The position numbers and the translations under genes were made by a program. Under the pieces are notes generated by a model. The model made no database searches, was not told where the DNA came from, and saw only the letters and a list, made by a program, of their open reading frames with translations. A DNA stretch of 64,000 bases from Corynebacterium sp. (GTDB lineage Bacteria > Actinomycetota > Actinomycetes > Mycobacteriales > Mycobacteriaceae), in contig JBHWRM010000109.1 in assembly GCA_043426695.1 (NCBI GenBank), positions 24,115 through 88,114 of the forward strand, read 5' to 3'. Positions 31,540-41,859 of this stretch are shown here, piece after piece. Numbering within the stretch: position 1 is the stretch's first letter; every line of letters begins with the position of its first letter.

Positions 31540-34500
31540 CTAACGGATCTGGCCGGCGGCCTTGCGAACCCGCTGCAGGGACGCGCTGCGGGCAGTGCCT
31601 AAGTGTTGGGCAAAGAGAGCCACCATGAGCTCCTCGATCAGCCAACGCAGATCCTTGACCTGGGGCGAGGCCTGGCGGTCGCTGGGCAGGCGCTCCACCG
31701 TCTGCTGATAAATCTTCATGGCTTCCGCCAGCTCCTCCGCCAGCTCTGCCTCGCGATCAGGATCTCGCTCCAGCAGCGTCAGTCTTTCCTTCATTGCCTC
31801 GACGTACCGAGGGACGTGCCGAAGGCGCTGAATACCCCATGTCACCAGGCTATGGTCCGCGGCGTACAACTGCACTTGCTTCTTCATCTCCGCAATCGCA
31901 GGTCCATCCCAGTGCTCGAGCTCTGTGGAGATGTCCTGGATCGCCAGTGCTGCAGGGGCAAACGCTACAAGAATCTGGCGCACTAACCCGGGCGCCTGCT
32001 TGCGGGCCGTCTGGCAGGCCCGTTCGCATTCGTCAGGGGTTCTAATCACTGGGCCGAGCTTCTCCAAAAGCTGGCGGCATGCCGCCGTACGCGCATCGTC
32101 AACCAACGCCTCAATGCCACCGTTCGGATAGTTTTCTAGCGCAACACGCTGGCGCAATGGCAGTCCCTTGAGCATCTGACCCGTGGACAGCGGAGTGGCC
32201 TCGGCCATCAGCCCCAGCACCGTGGAGAACTGCTGCGCCTTCGCAGCCTGCTCGGTGGGGAAGGCCTTGAGCTCGAAACGCGTGCTGCGGTGGCCTGTAA
32301 TGCCAGCGGAGAAGCTGACAACCAACGCGGGGAACGCGTTCACGGCCTGACCATCGACAACGGTCTCGATGGACTCAGGGATATCGCCGATGCTGTCGGC
32401 CGACCACTCGTCAGCGTGCTGAAGCACGCCTCCCACTCCGGCCCCGCCCTGAGCTTTCTTCTGCTTCCCGCCAGCACCACGGCCCTTGTTGCCAGCGGCG
32501 CCCGCGCCCTTCTGGTGCATCCTGGCATCCAGCGGGCTGGCAGCCGAAGAGCCTTGGCCACCACGCAGAGAGCGAGCACTGGCCGCCGCAATTGCCTGGC
32601 GGACATCGCCGGCCAGCTCTCGCTGGAGTGCCATGATGTCCCGGCCGGTGCGCACCACATTGCCGCGGCGGTCAATAACCGCAAAGTTCATGCGCAGGTG
32701 GTCGGGTACCTTGGCCCAGTCAAAGTCGGTGGCGTTGATGCCCCGACCGCCTAGCGAGCGCAGCGCATCGGCCAGCGACTCGTCGACCGCGCCATCGTAA
32801 GGAGTGATGAGCTCTAACGCCCGAGCTGCGAAATCCGTGGCCGGCACCACCGACTTACGGATCGCCTTGGGCAGTGAACGGATGAGCGCCACCGCTAGCT
32901 CGTGACGCATGCCCGGAACCAACCACTGCGTGATTTCCGGGTCAATGTTAGCCAGCAGGGGGAGTGGAACCTGCATGGTGATGCCGTCGCGCGGGTCGGT
33001 GGGGTCGAAGACATACTCCAGGTCGAACTCCAGGCTGCCCTGCCTCCAGGTGTCCGGGAACTCGTTGGCTTCCGCAGCCCCTTCGTGTGAATCAATGAGC
33101 GCGTCAAGCGAAAAATCCAGCAGATCCGGCTTCTTGTGCCGAGCCTTCTTCCACCAGGAATCAAAGTGCCGACTGGAGATGATATCCGCGGGCAGGCGGG
33201 CGTCGTAAAAAGAAAACAGGGCATCGTCGTCGATCACGATGTCCCGGCGACGGGCCTTATCCTCCAGCTTCTCGGCCTGCTCCAGCAGCTCCTGATTGTG
33301 GCGGTAGAACTTGTGGCGCGTCTCCCAGTCGCCTTCGACCAGTGCCTTGCGGATGAACATATCCCGCGCCAGCTCTGGGTCAATCCGGCCCAGGTTGACG
33401 CGACGCTCCGTGACGACGGGGAGACCAAGCAACAGGGCCTTCTCATAGACCATCGCCGCACCCCGCTTCGAGGACCAGTGTGGTTCCGAGTGGGTGTACT
33501 TCACCATGTGCGGGGCGATTGATTCCACCCACTCCGGGCGGATTGGGCCCACTGTGCGGGCGAAGATTCGGGACGTCTCCACCAGTTCCGCGGCCATGAT
33601 CCACTGTGGTGGCTTCTTCGCCACATGGGAGCTCGGGTGCACCACAAAGTGGGAGTTACGGGGGCCAGTGAATTGTCGGCTCTCGCCCTCCCGCATACCG
33701 ATGTGGCTGATCAACCCGGACAGCAGGGCGCGGTGGACATCATCCTCGGCGATTGGCACGCCGTCGAAAGTCAGCTGCCGGACATGCTGAATATTCGGCA
33801 CCGACCAGCGCAGTTCCTTGGCGATATTGAGCAGTTGGCGAACCAGGTCGGCCCACTCCAGGACGCGCAGATAGTGGATGAACTCCCGCTGGCATAGTTT
33901 GCGGAACTGGTTGCCGCTGAGCTCGGCGCGCTGCTGTTGCAGGTAGCTCCACAGCTTCAGCGTGGAGATGAAGTCCGAGTTTGCCTTGAATCGCGCGTGG
34001 AGCTCATCGGCCTGTTGCTGCTTCTCCAACGGCCGTTCCCGGACGTCCTGGATAGATAGCGCAGCGACGATGACGGTGACCTGGTCAAGGATGTTCAGGC
34101 GGTGGGCGGCGACCATCATGCGCGCCAAGCGGGGGTCGGTTGGGATGCGGGACATGTCCCGGCCCACATCCGTCAGCGCGTGTCGGTCGCCGCCGGCGAT
34201 GGCACCCAGCTCGCTGAGTAGTGCCACACCGTCGCGTACCGCGCGGGAGTCTGGGGCCTGCAGGAAGGGGAATTTCTGGATGTCTCCGAGCCCCAGCGCG
34301 AGCATAGCCAGGATCACGCTGGCCAGGTGGGTGCGCAGAATTTCAGGATCGGTGAACTCCGGTCGGGCCTCGAAATTTTCTTCCGAGTACAGCCGGATCG
34401 CAATACCGTCGGCGACACGGCCGCAACGGCCCGACCGCTGCTTCGCGGAGGCCTGGCTGATCTCCTCCACCGGCAGTCGCTGCACCTTCGTGCGGTTGGA

Positions 34501-35658
34501 GTAGCGGGAGATGCGCGCATAGCCGGTATCCACGACGAAGCGGATGCCCGGCACTGTCAGGGAAGTCTCGGCAATATTGGTGGCGAGAACGATCCGGCGG
34601 CGTTGGCCAGGGTTGAACACACGGTGCTGTTCCGCGTTCGACAGTCGCCCAAACAGCGGAAGAATGTCCACGCGCGCTCCGCGCCGGTCGCGGTTTAGAT
34701 GCTTATCCAGCGCCTCGGCGGCGTCCCGGATCTCGCGCTCCCCGGAGAAGAAACACAGGATGTCGCCGCTGCCGAAGCTCCACAGTTCGTCGACGGCCTC
34801 GATCAGCCCGTCCAGCGGATCCGTGACGTGGGTTGTGATCTCCCCGCTGTCCGGGTCGGTATAGCTTCGCTCCAGCGGGCGGTACAGCACCTCCACCGGG
34901 TAAGTGCGGCCCGATACCTCGACGATCGGTGCGGGCGTGCCGTCGGCACTGGCGAAGTGCTCCGCGAAGCTTTCCGGGTCAATCGTTGCGGAGGTGATGA
35001 TCAGCTTGAGATCCGGGCGCTTTGGCAGCAGATTCTTCAGGTACCCCAGGAGGAAGTCGATGTTCAGGCTGCGCTCGTGAGCCTCATCGACGATGATCGT
35101 GTCGTACTCGCGGAGTAGCCGGTCGCGCTGAATCTCGTTGAGCAGCACACCGTCGGTCATGAGCTTGACTGCGGTGTTCTCGCTGGTTTTATCGTCGAAG
35201 CGGATCTTGTAACCGACTAGGGAATCCGGCTTATCCGTGCTTGAGCCGAGCTCTTCTGCGATGCGGTCTGCCACGCTGCGCGCGGCGATGCGCCGGGGCT
35301 GGGTATGCCCGATTCGTTGGCGCTTGCCGCGGCCGAGGTTGAGGCACATCTTCGGGATCTGCGTGGTTTTACCGGAACCAGTCTCACCGGCGATGATGAC
35401 GACCTGGTTGTCAGCGATGGCCTTTTCGATATCCGCCTGGCGCTCCGAGACGGGCAGCTCGCTGGGAAAGTGGATCCGGGGGAAGACTCGGTCCTGCTGT
35501 GGCAGATTGATCGGGGCCGTGCGGTCCCGGCGCTGTTGTCCTTTGCGTCCCCGGCGGCGTGGACTGCCCCCGCGGTTGCGGTGGCGCCCGTTGCTGGCGC
35601 GCCGCGACGGCTGCTGCGGTGACTTTTGAGTGCTCTTATCGCTATTTTCCCTGCTCAT
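31540..35658 (-). CDS. hrpA: ATP-dependent RNA helicase HrpA
   Basis: GETGSGKTTQ, TQPRRIAA, DEAH, SAT, QRSGRCGR and a long HrpA C-terminal region. Confidence 0.96.
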   Translation of the reverse strand: MSRENSDKSTQKSPQQPSRRASNGRHRNRGGSPRRRGRKGQQRRDRTAPINLPQQDRVFPRIHFPSELPVSERQADIEKAIADNQVVIIAGETGSGKTTQIPKMCLNLGRGKRQRIGHTQPRRIAARSVADRIAEELGSSTDKPDSLVGYKIRFDDKTSENTAVKLMTDGVLLNEIQRDRLLREYDTIIVDEAHERSLNIDFLLGYLKNLLPKRPDLKLIITSATIDPESFAEHFASADGTPAPIVEVSGRTYPVEVLYRPLERSYTDPDSGEITTHVTDPLDGLIEAVDELWSFGSGDILCFFSGEREIRDAAEALDKHLNRDRRGARVDILPLFGRLSNAEQHRVFNPGQRRRIVLATNIAETSLTVPGIRFVVDTGYARISRYSNRTKVQRLPVEEISQASAKQRSGRCGRVADGIAIRLYSEENFEARPEFTDPEILRTHLASVILAMLALGLGDIQKFPFLQAPDSRAVRDGVALLSELGAIAGGDRHALTDVGRDMSRIPTDPRLARMMVAAHRLNILDQVTVIVAALSIQDVRERPLEKQQQADELHARFKANSDFISTLKLWSYLQQQRAELSGNQFRKLCQREFIHYLRVLEWADLVRQLLNIAKELRWSVPNIQHVRQLTFDGVPIAEDDVHRALLSGLISHIGMREGESRQFTGPRNSHFVVHPSSHVAKKPPQWIMAAELVETSRIFARTVGPIRPEWVESIAPHMVKYTHSEPHWSSKRGAAMVYEKALLLGLPVVTERRVNLGRIDPELARDMFIRKALVEGDWETRHKFYRHNQELLEQAEKLEDKARRRDIVIDDDALFSFYDARLPADIISSRHFDSWWKKARHKKPDLLDFSLDALIDSHEGAAEANEFPDTWRQGSLEFDLEYVFDPTDPRDGITMQVPLPLLANIDPEITQWLVPGMRHELAVALIRSLPKAIRKSVVPATDFAARALELITPYDGAVDESLADALRSLGGRGINATDFDWAKVPDHLRMNFAVIDRRGNVVRTGRDIMALQRELAGDVRQAIAAASARSLRGGQGSSAASPLDARMHQKGAGAAGNKGRGAGGKQKKAQGGAGVGGVLQHADEWSADSIGDIPESIETVVDGQAVNAFPALVVSFSAGITGHRSTRFELKAFPTEQAAKAQQFSTVLGLMAEATPLSTGQMLKGLPLRQRVALENYPNGGIEALVDDARTAACRQLLEKLGPVIRTPDECERACQTARKQAPGLVRQILVAFAPAALAIQDISTELEHWDGPAIAEMKKQVQLYAADHSLVTWGIQRLRHVPRYVEAMKERLTLLERDPDREAELAEELAEAMKIYQQTVERLPSDRQASPQVKDLRWLIEELMVALFAQHLGTARSASLQRVRKAAGQIR

Positions 35659-35711
35659 TAGGGCTCCAGCTTAACAACACTGTGACTGCCAGCTGTAGCC
35701 GGGAGCCAGCA

Positions 35712-35726
35712 ATAGCTTTTGGCTAA
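35712..35726. promoter_or_regulatory. Putative OxyR/LysR box
   Basis: ATAG-N7-CTAA, close to the ATAG-N7-CTAT OxyR motif, in the hrpA/oxyR divergent gap. Confidence 0.5.
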
Positions 35727-35788
35727 AACCACCCGGCCAGCTCGCGTAGGATAAGGCATCAGCATTGTTGAAACATTGATAGGCAGCT

Positions 35789-36757
35789 GTGACCCACAAA
35801 GAGTATCGGCCGACCATTGCGCAGGTCCGGACCTTCGCGACGATCGCGGAACACGGCCACTTCGGCACCGCCGCGGCGCACCTGGGCATTTCCCAGCCCT
35901 CGCTCTCGCAGGCACTCGCGACCCTCGAGCAGGGGCTCGGAGTGCAGCTGATTGAGCGCTCCACCCGAAAAGTCATCGTGACGCCGATGGGGCGGTCGCT
36001 GTTGCCTTTTGCCCACGCCACGCTGGAGAGCGTGGACGCGCTCGTCGACCATGCCAACTCTGTGAAAGGCGGGCTGGGAAGCGCACTGGTGGTGGGGATG
36101 ATCCCGACGATCGCGCCATTCCTTCTTCCGGATTTCTTGCGCGCCCTCGACGAGCCGCAGGCCGGGGATACCCCCCGCATTGTGGAGGAGAAGACCCACC
36201 ACCTGGTCGATACCCTCCGGCAAGGGCGTATCGACGTCGCGGTCTTGGGCCTTCCCTTTGAGGACGCCGGGCTGACCACGATTCCTCTCTACGACGAGGA
36301 GTTCGTGGTTGTCGTCCCGCAAGGCCACCCGATGGCGGGCCGCCGCGATCTGCGGGTCACCGACCTCGAAAAGCTCGACCTTCTACTCCTCGATGAGGGG
36401 CACTGCTTGCGGGACCAGGTGATGGACCTGTGCCGCAGGGTGAATATGAGCCATGACCCCCGGCTGGCGGTGACCCGGGCAACGAGCCTGTCCACCGTGG
36501 TGCATCTCGTCGCCGCCGGACAGGGTGCGACCCTCGTCCCGTTGAGCGCGGTGCCCAGTGAGTGCCAGCGTCCGGGCATCGGCCTGGCGACCTTTGCCCC
36601 CGAGGAGAAGGCGGCGGGTCGCACCGTGGGGATTGCCCACCGGTCCAGCAGCGTGCGCACCGAGGATTACGAAGAGCTTGGGAGGCTCCTCTCCGAGGCC
36701 TATGAGGCGGTGCAGAAGACTGCACGAGCGGAGCTGGCCGCTAGCCTTGGTGAATAA
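35789..36757 (+). CDS. oxyR: H2O2-sensing LysR regulator OxyR
   Basis: LysR helix-turn-helix and LLDEGHCLRDQVMDLC redox cysteine pair. Confidence 0.95.
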   Translation: MTHKEYRPTIAQVRTFATIAEHGHFGTAAAHLGISQPSLSQALATLEQGLGVQLIERSTRKVIVTPMGRSLLPFAHATLESVDALVDHANSVKGGLGSALVVGMIPTIAPFLLPDFLRALDEPQAGDTPRIVEEKTHHLVDTLRQGRIDVAVLGLPFEDAGLTTIPLYDEEFVVVVPQGHPMAGRRDLRVTDLEKLDLLLLDEGHCLRDQVMDLCRRVNMSHDPRLAVTRATSLSTVVHLVAAGQGATLVPLSAVPSECQRPGIGLATFAPEEKAAGRTVGIAHRSSSVRTEDYEELGRLLSEAYEAVQKTARAELAASLGE

Positions 36758-39296
36758 TCAGGCTCGCTAGCCGTACCTCGCCGGCCTCGTCGGTCGCGGC
36801 CAGATCCACCATGCCTTCGAAGGCCCAGCCGTGGTCCTTCTCCGGGTCATCCAGAATCTGGCGCACCCGCCACTGGCCGGGCGCCCCCTCCGGAGCCTCG
36901 TCGATGAGCACCATCGAGTTCGAACGGGCGTCGGCGTCGACCCCCAGGTCCGCATACTCCTCGAAGTAGTCGTCCATGGCGGCCGGCCAATCGGGCGCTT
37001 CCTCCAAGTAGGAGTCCAGTTCTGCCAGCTGATCCTCTTTCTCGAAGGCGAAGAGTTCGACGTGGCGGAACATGTGGTTGCGCACCATCCGCCGCAGTGC
37101 CCGCTTGTTGGCCGAAAGAGCAGAACTGTCGCCAACTCCGAAGGCATGCTCCGTGACCTGCTCCTCCGTGAGCGGGGCATCAGGGTCGGAGAGAGTGGCC
37201 CACTCGTCCAATAGAGAGGAGTCCACCTGGCGGATGAGCTCACCCAGCCACTCGATGATGTCCTCGAGTTCCTCCGTGCGGTAGCTTTGTGGCACCGAAT
37301 GATCCAGGGTGCGCCACGCGTCAGTGAGATAGCGCAGCACCACGCCCTCGGAACGCCCCAGCTGGTAGGTGGCGACGAGGTCCGAGAAAGTCATGCCCTT
37401 TTCGATCATGTCTCGCAGAACTGACTTCGGGGAGATGTCGAAGTCCTTCGCCCAGGGGTTGGATTCGCAGAAGATCTCGAAGGCATTGTCTAGGGAATCG
37501 GCTAGGGGCTGCGGATAGGTGACGTCCTCGAGGATGTTCATCCGCTCGGTGTAATCCACGCCTTCCGCCTTGAGCGCCGCGAGCTCCTCATCGCGGGCCG
37601 CGCGCTGCTGGCCGCTGAGAACCTGGCGGGGATCGTCGAGGACCGCCTCGAAGGTGGAGATCACGTCCAAGGTGAACTCTGGGGACTCCGGGTCGAGCAG
37701 GTCTAGGGCAGCCAGCGCGAACGGGGCCAGAGGTTGGTTGAGTGCGAAGTCTCGCTGCAGTTCCTGGGTCAGGCGGGCGTCCTTACCGGATGGCGTGTCC
37801 GCCTCGAACTCCTCGACCACCTCGGAACGAAGCAGGCCGCGGTAGAGCTCGATCGTGGTGCGGATGTGTGCGTTCTGCTTCGCGCGTGTTTCGTGGCTGC
37901 TGCGGAGCAGCCGCTTCAGGGCGGCGAAAGTCCATTCATTGCGGGCAATGATGTTCAGCAGCATCGAGTTGCTCATCGTGAACTGGCTGACCAGCTCCTC
38001 TGGCTCCGCGATGAGCAGGCGTTCGTACGTGCTCTCGGACCAGGTGGTTCGGCCCTGTGGTGCGGATTTCTTGCGCAGCCGCTTGAGTTTCTTCGGATCC
38101 GTTCCGGCCCGCTGGCGGAGCCGGAAGTTCTCGATCTCGTGTTCCGGTGCCTGGACGACGACGGTGCCTTCCGTGTCGTAGCCCGCGCGTCCCGCCCGTC
38201 CGGCAATCTGGTGGAACTCCCGCGACTTCAGGATGCGGTGGCGTTCGCCGTCGAATTTCGCCAGCTCCGTCATGAGCACCGAGCGGATCGGGACGTTGAT
38301 TCCCACGCCCAGGGTGTCGGTGCCACAGATGACGGTCAGTAGGCCCTGCTGGGCAAGCTGCTCCACCAGGCGCCGATATTTCGGCAGCAGGCCGGCGTGG
38401 TGGACACCAATCCCGCGGCGCAGCAGCTTGGACAGTGTTTTGCCGAAGCTAGTGGTGAACTTGAAATTTCCGATGGCCTCCGCAATCGCCTTCTTCTCCT
38501 CGCCGACCAGGCTCAGGCTCGTCAGGGCCTGCGCGCGCTCAATGGCCTCGCGCTGGGTGAAGTGCACGACGTAGACCGGGGCTTTGCCGTCCTTGACCAG
38601 CTCTTCGATGGTCTCGTGCACCGGGGTGTAGACGTACTCGAAGCTCAGCGGCACCGGTCGCACCGAGCCTGCGACGTGGGTGCAGGGCCTGCCGGTGCGG
38701 TCAGTCAGGTCTTTCTCGAGCCACGCGGTGTCGCCCAGGGTGGCGCTCATCAGCAGGAACTGGGCGTGGGGCAGTTCCAGGAGGGGGACCTGCCAGGCCC
38801 AGCCGCGGTCGGGTTCGGAGTAGTAGTGGAACTCGTCCATGACCACTTGGTCGACCTGCGCATCCTTGCCGTCGCGCAGAGCGATATTGGCGAGGATCTC
38901 GGCGGTGGCACAGATGATGGGGGCGCCACCGTTGACTGTGGCATCACCGGTCATCATGCCGACATTTTCTGGACCGAAGGTCGCGCACAAGTCGAAGAAC
39001 TTCTCGCTGACCAGCGCCTTGATGGGGGCAGTGTAGAAACTGCGCTGCCCGCGTGCCAGTGCCACGAAGTGGGCAGCCAAAGCCACCATGGACTTTCCGG
39101 AGCCCGTGGGGGTCGCCAGGATGACGTGGTCCTGGGCGACCAGCGCCGTGGCGGCCTCCTTCTGCGCCTCGTAGAGGCTGATCCCACGATCTTCCGTCCA
39201 CCGAAGGAACGACGCCAACACGGCGTCGTCGACGAGTCCCTCAGGGACCTCGTCGAGGTCGGGGAGTAGGTCGGCCAGCTGGGCAGCGATTCCCAC
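36741..39296 (-). CDS. Ski2-like DEAD/DEAH helicase (DUF3516-type C-terminus)
   Basis: TPTGSGKS, APIKAL, DEFH, MSAT, HHAGLL and QIAGRAGR motifs. Confidence 0.92.
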   Translation of the reverse strand: MGIAAQLADLLPDLDEVPEGLVDDAVLASFLRWTEDRGISLYEAQKEAATALVAQDHVILATPTGSGKSMVALAAHFVALARGQRSFYTAPIKALVSEKFFDLCATFGPENVGMMTGDATVNGGAPIICATAEILANIALRDGKDAQVDQVVMDEFHYYSEPDRGWAWQVPLLELPHAQFLLMSATLGDTAWLEKDLTDRTGRPCTHVAGSVRPVPLSFEYVYTPVHETIEELVKDGKAPVYVVHFTQREAIERAQALTSLSLVGEEKKAIAEAIGNFKFTTSFGKTLSKLLRRGIGVHHAGLLPKYRRLVEQLAQQGLLTVICGTDTLGVGINVPIRSVLMTELAKFDGERHRILKSREFHQIAGRAGRAGYDTEGTVVVQAPEHEIENFRLRQRAGTDPKKLKRLRKKSAPQGRTTWSESTYERLLIAEPEELVSQFTMSNSMLLNIIARNEWTFAALKRLLRSSHETRAKQNAHIRTTIELYRGLLRSEVVEEFEADTPSGKDARLTQELQRDFALNQPLAPFALAALDLLDPESPEFTLDVISTFEAVLDDPRQVLSGQQRAARDEELAALKAEGVDYTERMNILEDVTYPQPLADSLDNAFEIFCESNPWAKDFDISPKSVLRDMIEKGMTFSDLVATYQLGRSEGVVLRYLTDAWRTLDHSVPQSYRTEELEDIIEWLGELIRQVDSSLLDEWATLSDPDAPLTEEQVTEHAFGVGDSSALSANKRALRRMVRNHMFRHVELFAFEKEDQLAELDSYLEEAPDWPAAMDDYFEEYADLGVDADARSNSMVLIDEAPEGAPGQWRVRQILDDPEKDHGWAFEGMVDLAATDEAGEVRLASLIIHQG

Positions 39297-40330
39297 TACT
39301 GTGTGTCTCCTTCACCGTCGTCGTGTGGGCCGTTGCTATCGCCGGGCTTCTCCGGATCCTCCCCGTCAGCCTCGGAATCGGTTTCCGCTGCGTCATTCAT
39401 GCGGGCTAGGAATGCCTCGAACTCGGCGCCCAGCTCTTCGCCAGTGGGGATGTCCTGTCCTGGTTCGAGCAACGAACTCTTCTTCTTTTGAAGCCTACGG
39501 ACTTCCTTGTCGTACTGTTGCTCGAGGGCACCAACGACAGTGGCGATCTCGTGGGAGTCTTCCGTCTGCTGTGCGAGCTGCTGCTGTACCCGGGAGATAT
39601 CCTTCTCGAGTGTCTTCAACGGCAGCTCGCGGTCGGCCAGGTCTGCGAAGGCCTTCAGCAGCGCGTAGCTGGACTCCGGGTACTCCGAACCGGCGATGTA
39701 GTGAGGCACATGGGCGGTAAGCCCAATGGCGTCGAATCCTGCGGCGGACAGCTGCATCTCGGTCTCGAGCGCTGCAGCCCCCGGGACCACCAGCCGCGCA
39801 TCCCACGTGTGGTAATCCCGCACCAGCGACGGGTCCGAGGCGTGCGCGGAAATCACCAGCGGGCGGGTGTGCGGCACCGTCATCGGGGCAGAGTAGAAAG
39901 ATATCGCTCGGGAGACGTTTGCTCTCTGCGCCAACTCCACGATCGCGTGCCCGAAGGCCTCCCACTTCAGGTCCGGCTCGGGGCCGGCGACCAGCAGGAA
40001 CGGCCGGTCGTTGACATCCTTAACGATGCGTACGTCCAGGCTGAGTTTGTCGGACTTCGTGATCCGGTTCTCGTCGATCGTGATGCTGGGGCGCCGTGCG
40101 CGGTAATCCAGCAGATCATCAAGGTTGAAGCTAGCGACAACCGAGCTTTCCAGTGCCTCCAGGAGATGATTTCCACTGACTGCGATGGCCTGGCCCGCAT
40201 CGGCATAGCCCTGGAGCGCGATGAGCATCGGAATACCTTCGTCCGGAGAATCCGCTTCTAGCGGGACGGGGTATTCCATTTCGTACATGGCGTTCCGGGG
40301 ACGGCGACCAAAAGAATTATCCTGAGGCAT
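39296..40330 (-). CDS. PAC2 (proteasome assembly chaperone-like) family protein
   Basis: GYADAG, LLDYRARRP, GPEPDLKWE, VPHTRP, AHVPHY and LEQQYD motifs. Confidence 0.9.
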   Translation of the reverse strand: MPQDNSFGRRPRNAMYEMEYPVPLEADSPDEGIPMLIALQGYADAGQAIAVSGNHLLEALESSVVASFNLDDLLDYRARRPSITIDENRITKSDKLSLDVRIVKDVNDRPFLLVAGPEPDLKWEAFGHAIVELAQRANVSRAISFYSAPMTVPHTRPLVISAHASDPSLVRDYHTWDARLVVPGAAALETEMQLSAAGFDAIGLTAHVPHYIAGSEYPESSYALLKAFADLADRELPLKTLEKDISRVQQQLAQQTEDSHEIATVVGALEQQYDKEVRRLQKKKSSLLEPGQDIPTGEELGAEFEAFLARMNDAAETDSEADGEDPEKPGDSNGPHDDGEGDTQ

Positions 40331-40441
40331 CGTCTTCGCGCTCCCTTCCTTTACAACGACAGCGGGCCAGCAGGGCCGGGGTCACGGTTTCAACCGGGTC
40401 CAGGTCAGCCAAAACACGTGGCGTGCACCGACGTGGTGAAG

Positions 40442-40467
40442 TTATCCACAGTCCCTGCGTGTCCACA
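40442..40467 (+). promoter_or_regulatory. Tandem DnaA-box-like direct repeat
   Basis: TTATCCACA (40442-40450, perfect consensus) and GTGTCCACA (40459-40467). Confidence 0.6.
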
Positions 40468-40542
40468 GGGTCCTGGCTGTTCTCCTCCGCCGACCAACGC
40501 TGCTGCGTCGGGGCTGGCCGAGTGATCGAGCACACTTTACTC

Positions 40543-41859
40543 ATGAGATCACATCATTCACGTCATTCTAACCACAACGACCACCGGAATATTCCCCACG
40601 AGACCAGCGCCGCGCAGCACCAGTCATCCGGCAGTAGGCTACGGGGCCCCCGAGCGCACAGCGCAGCTCCAACCGGGCATCCCAGCATCTCCTTGGGAGC
40701 CGACCCCGGGGCTCTGTTGGCGGGCTTGCCGGCCATGCTCGGCTTCACACCGCACGACTCCCTGGTGCTCATCGGCCTCCAGCCGACCAGCAAAGATAGT
40801 CCACCTCGAGGTGGCAGCCCGGGCACCCGCGCCGCCACACACCGCACCGTCACCTTTCAGGTAGGTCCCGTCGTGAGAGCAGATTTGGGCGGAGATAGCA
40901 CTGGGGAGGCCATCGAGACCTTCTGTGCCGCACTTGGCGCGCCCGTCTCGGACACCGTGCCGACGGACCAATGTCCGCAAGCGATCATCCTCGTTATCGG
41001 CGAGACCCCGGCCCGCAGCATCGACGTGTTCACGGACATACGGACTCAACTCGCCCTGGCCGGAATCCCCGTGTACACCACCCACTGGGCCCGGGAGATC
41101 GCGGATCACCAAAAGTGGGCGACATACGACCTCCACACACAACTATGGGTGGATGAGGGGACCATCCCGGTACAGAGTGCCAACCCAGTAGCTCTCCACG
41201 CGGGGGTGACCAACGCCCTGAATTTCGCAGCCCGCGAGGACATGGAAGGCTGGCTGGACGAACAGGACCCACCCTTGGCAGGGCAGCTGAACCCGCAGTG
41301 CCTGGGCACCGCCCTCAACCAGCTGTTGGCAAAAACAGAAGAGATACTCGATGGGCTCACCACGGTGGAGGACGCAATGGATGACCAGGAGCTCCTCGGC
41401 GTGATCGCTGGGCTCTGCGGAGACCCGCGCAGCCAGGCTTTTGTTATCACCGCATCAATCGGCATGCCTTCGCCCGTAATCCGGTCACTTCTCGCGGCCA
41501 CCGCTCGCCACTGTGTCGGCGACGTGAGAAGCAACGTGCTCTACGTGCTTACACAGGTACTCGTCGGGAATGGGGAAGGGGTAGTCGCGTTCCACACCGC
41601 GCGCCGGGCAGTCTGCGAAGCGACCAGCGCTAGGGGGTGGAAGGATAATCAGGTGCTCGTCATAGCCCTAAAAACAGGCCTCGCGCTCCAAATCGTCAAG
41701 GATAAGGTCGCAATCGCCACAGAGGTCCTGAATGGGAAGAACCCCCACGAACACATCTCGGGCGACACGAGGGAGATCTTCACGCGGGTACTCGACTGGG
41801 ATGCGGTAGAGCACCTTCGCCTCCTCGACAGCAAGGGAGGCGAACTTGAGAACCCTTAA
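40543..41859 (+). CDS. DUF4192 family protein
   Basis: [25 protein letters not shown] and VRADL N-terminal motifs; lies between PAC2 and galE/dtxR like Rv2712c. Confidence 0.75.
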   Translation: MRSHHSRHSNHNDHRNIPHETSAAQHQSSGSRLRGPRAHSAAPTGHPSISLGADPGALLAGLPAMLGFTPHDSLVLIGLQPTSKDSPPRGGSPGTRAATHRTVTFQVGPVVRADLGGDSTGEAIETFCAALGAPVSDTVPTDQCPQAIILVIGETPARSIDVFTDIRTQLALAGIPVYTTHWAREIADHQKWATYDLHTQLWVDEGTIPVQSANPVALHAGVTNALNFAAREDMEGWLDEQDPPLAGQLNPQCLGTALNQLLAKTEEILDGLTTVEDAMDDQELLGVIAGLCGDPRSQAFVITASIGMPSPVIRSLLAATARHCVGDVRSNVLYVLTQVLVGNGEGVVAFHTARRAVCEATSARGWKDNQVLVIALKTGLALQIVKDKVAIATEVLNGKNPHEHISGDTREIFTRVLDWDAVEHLRLLDSKGGELENP

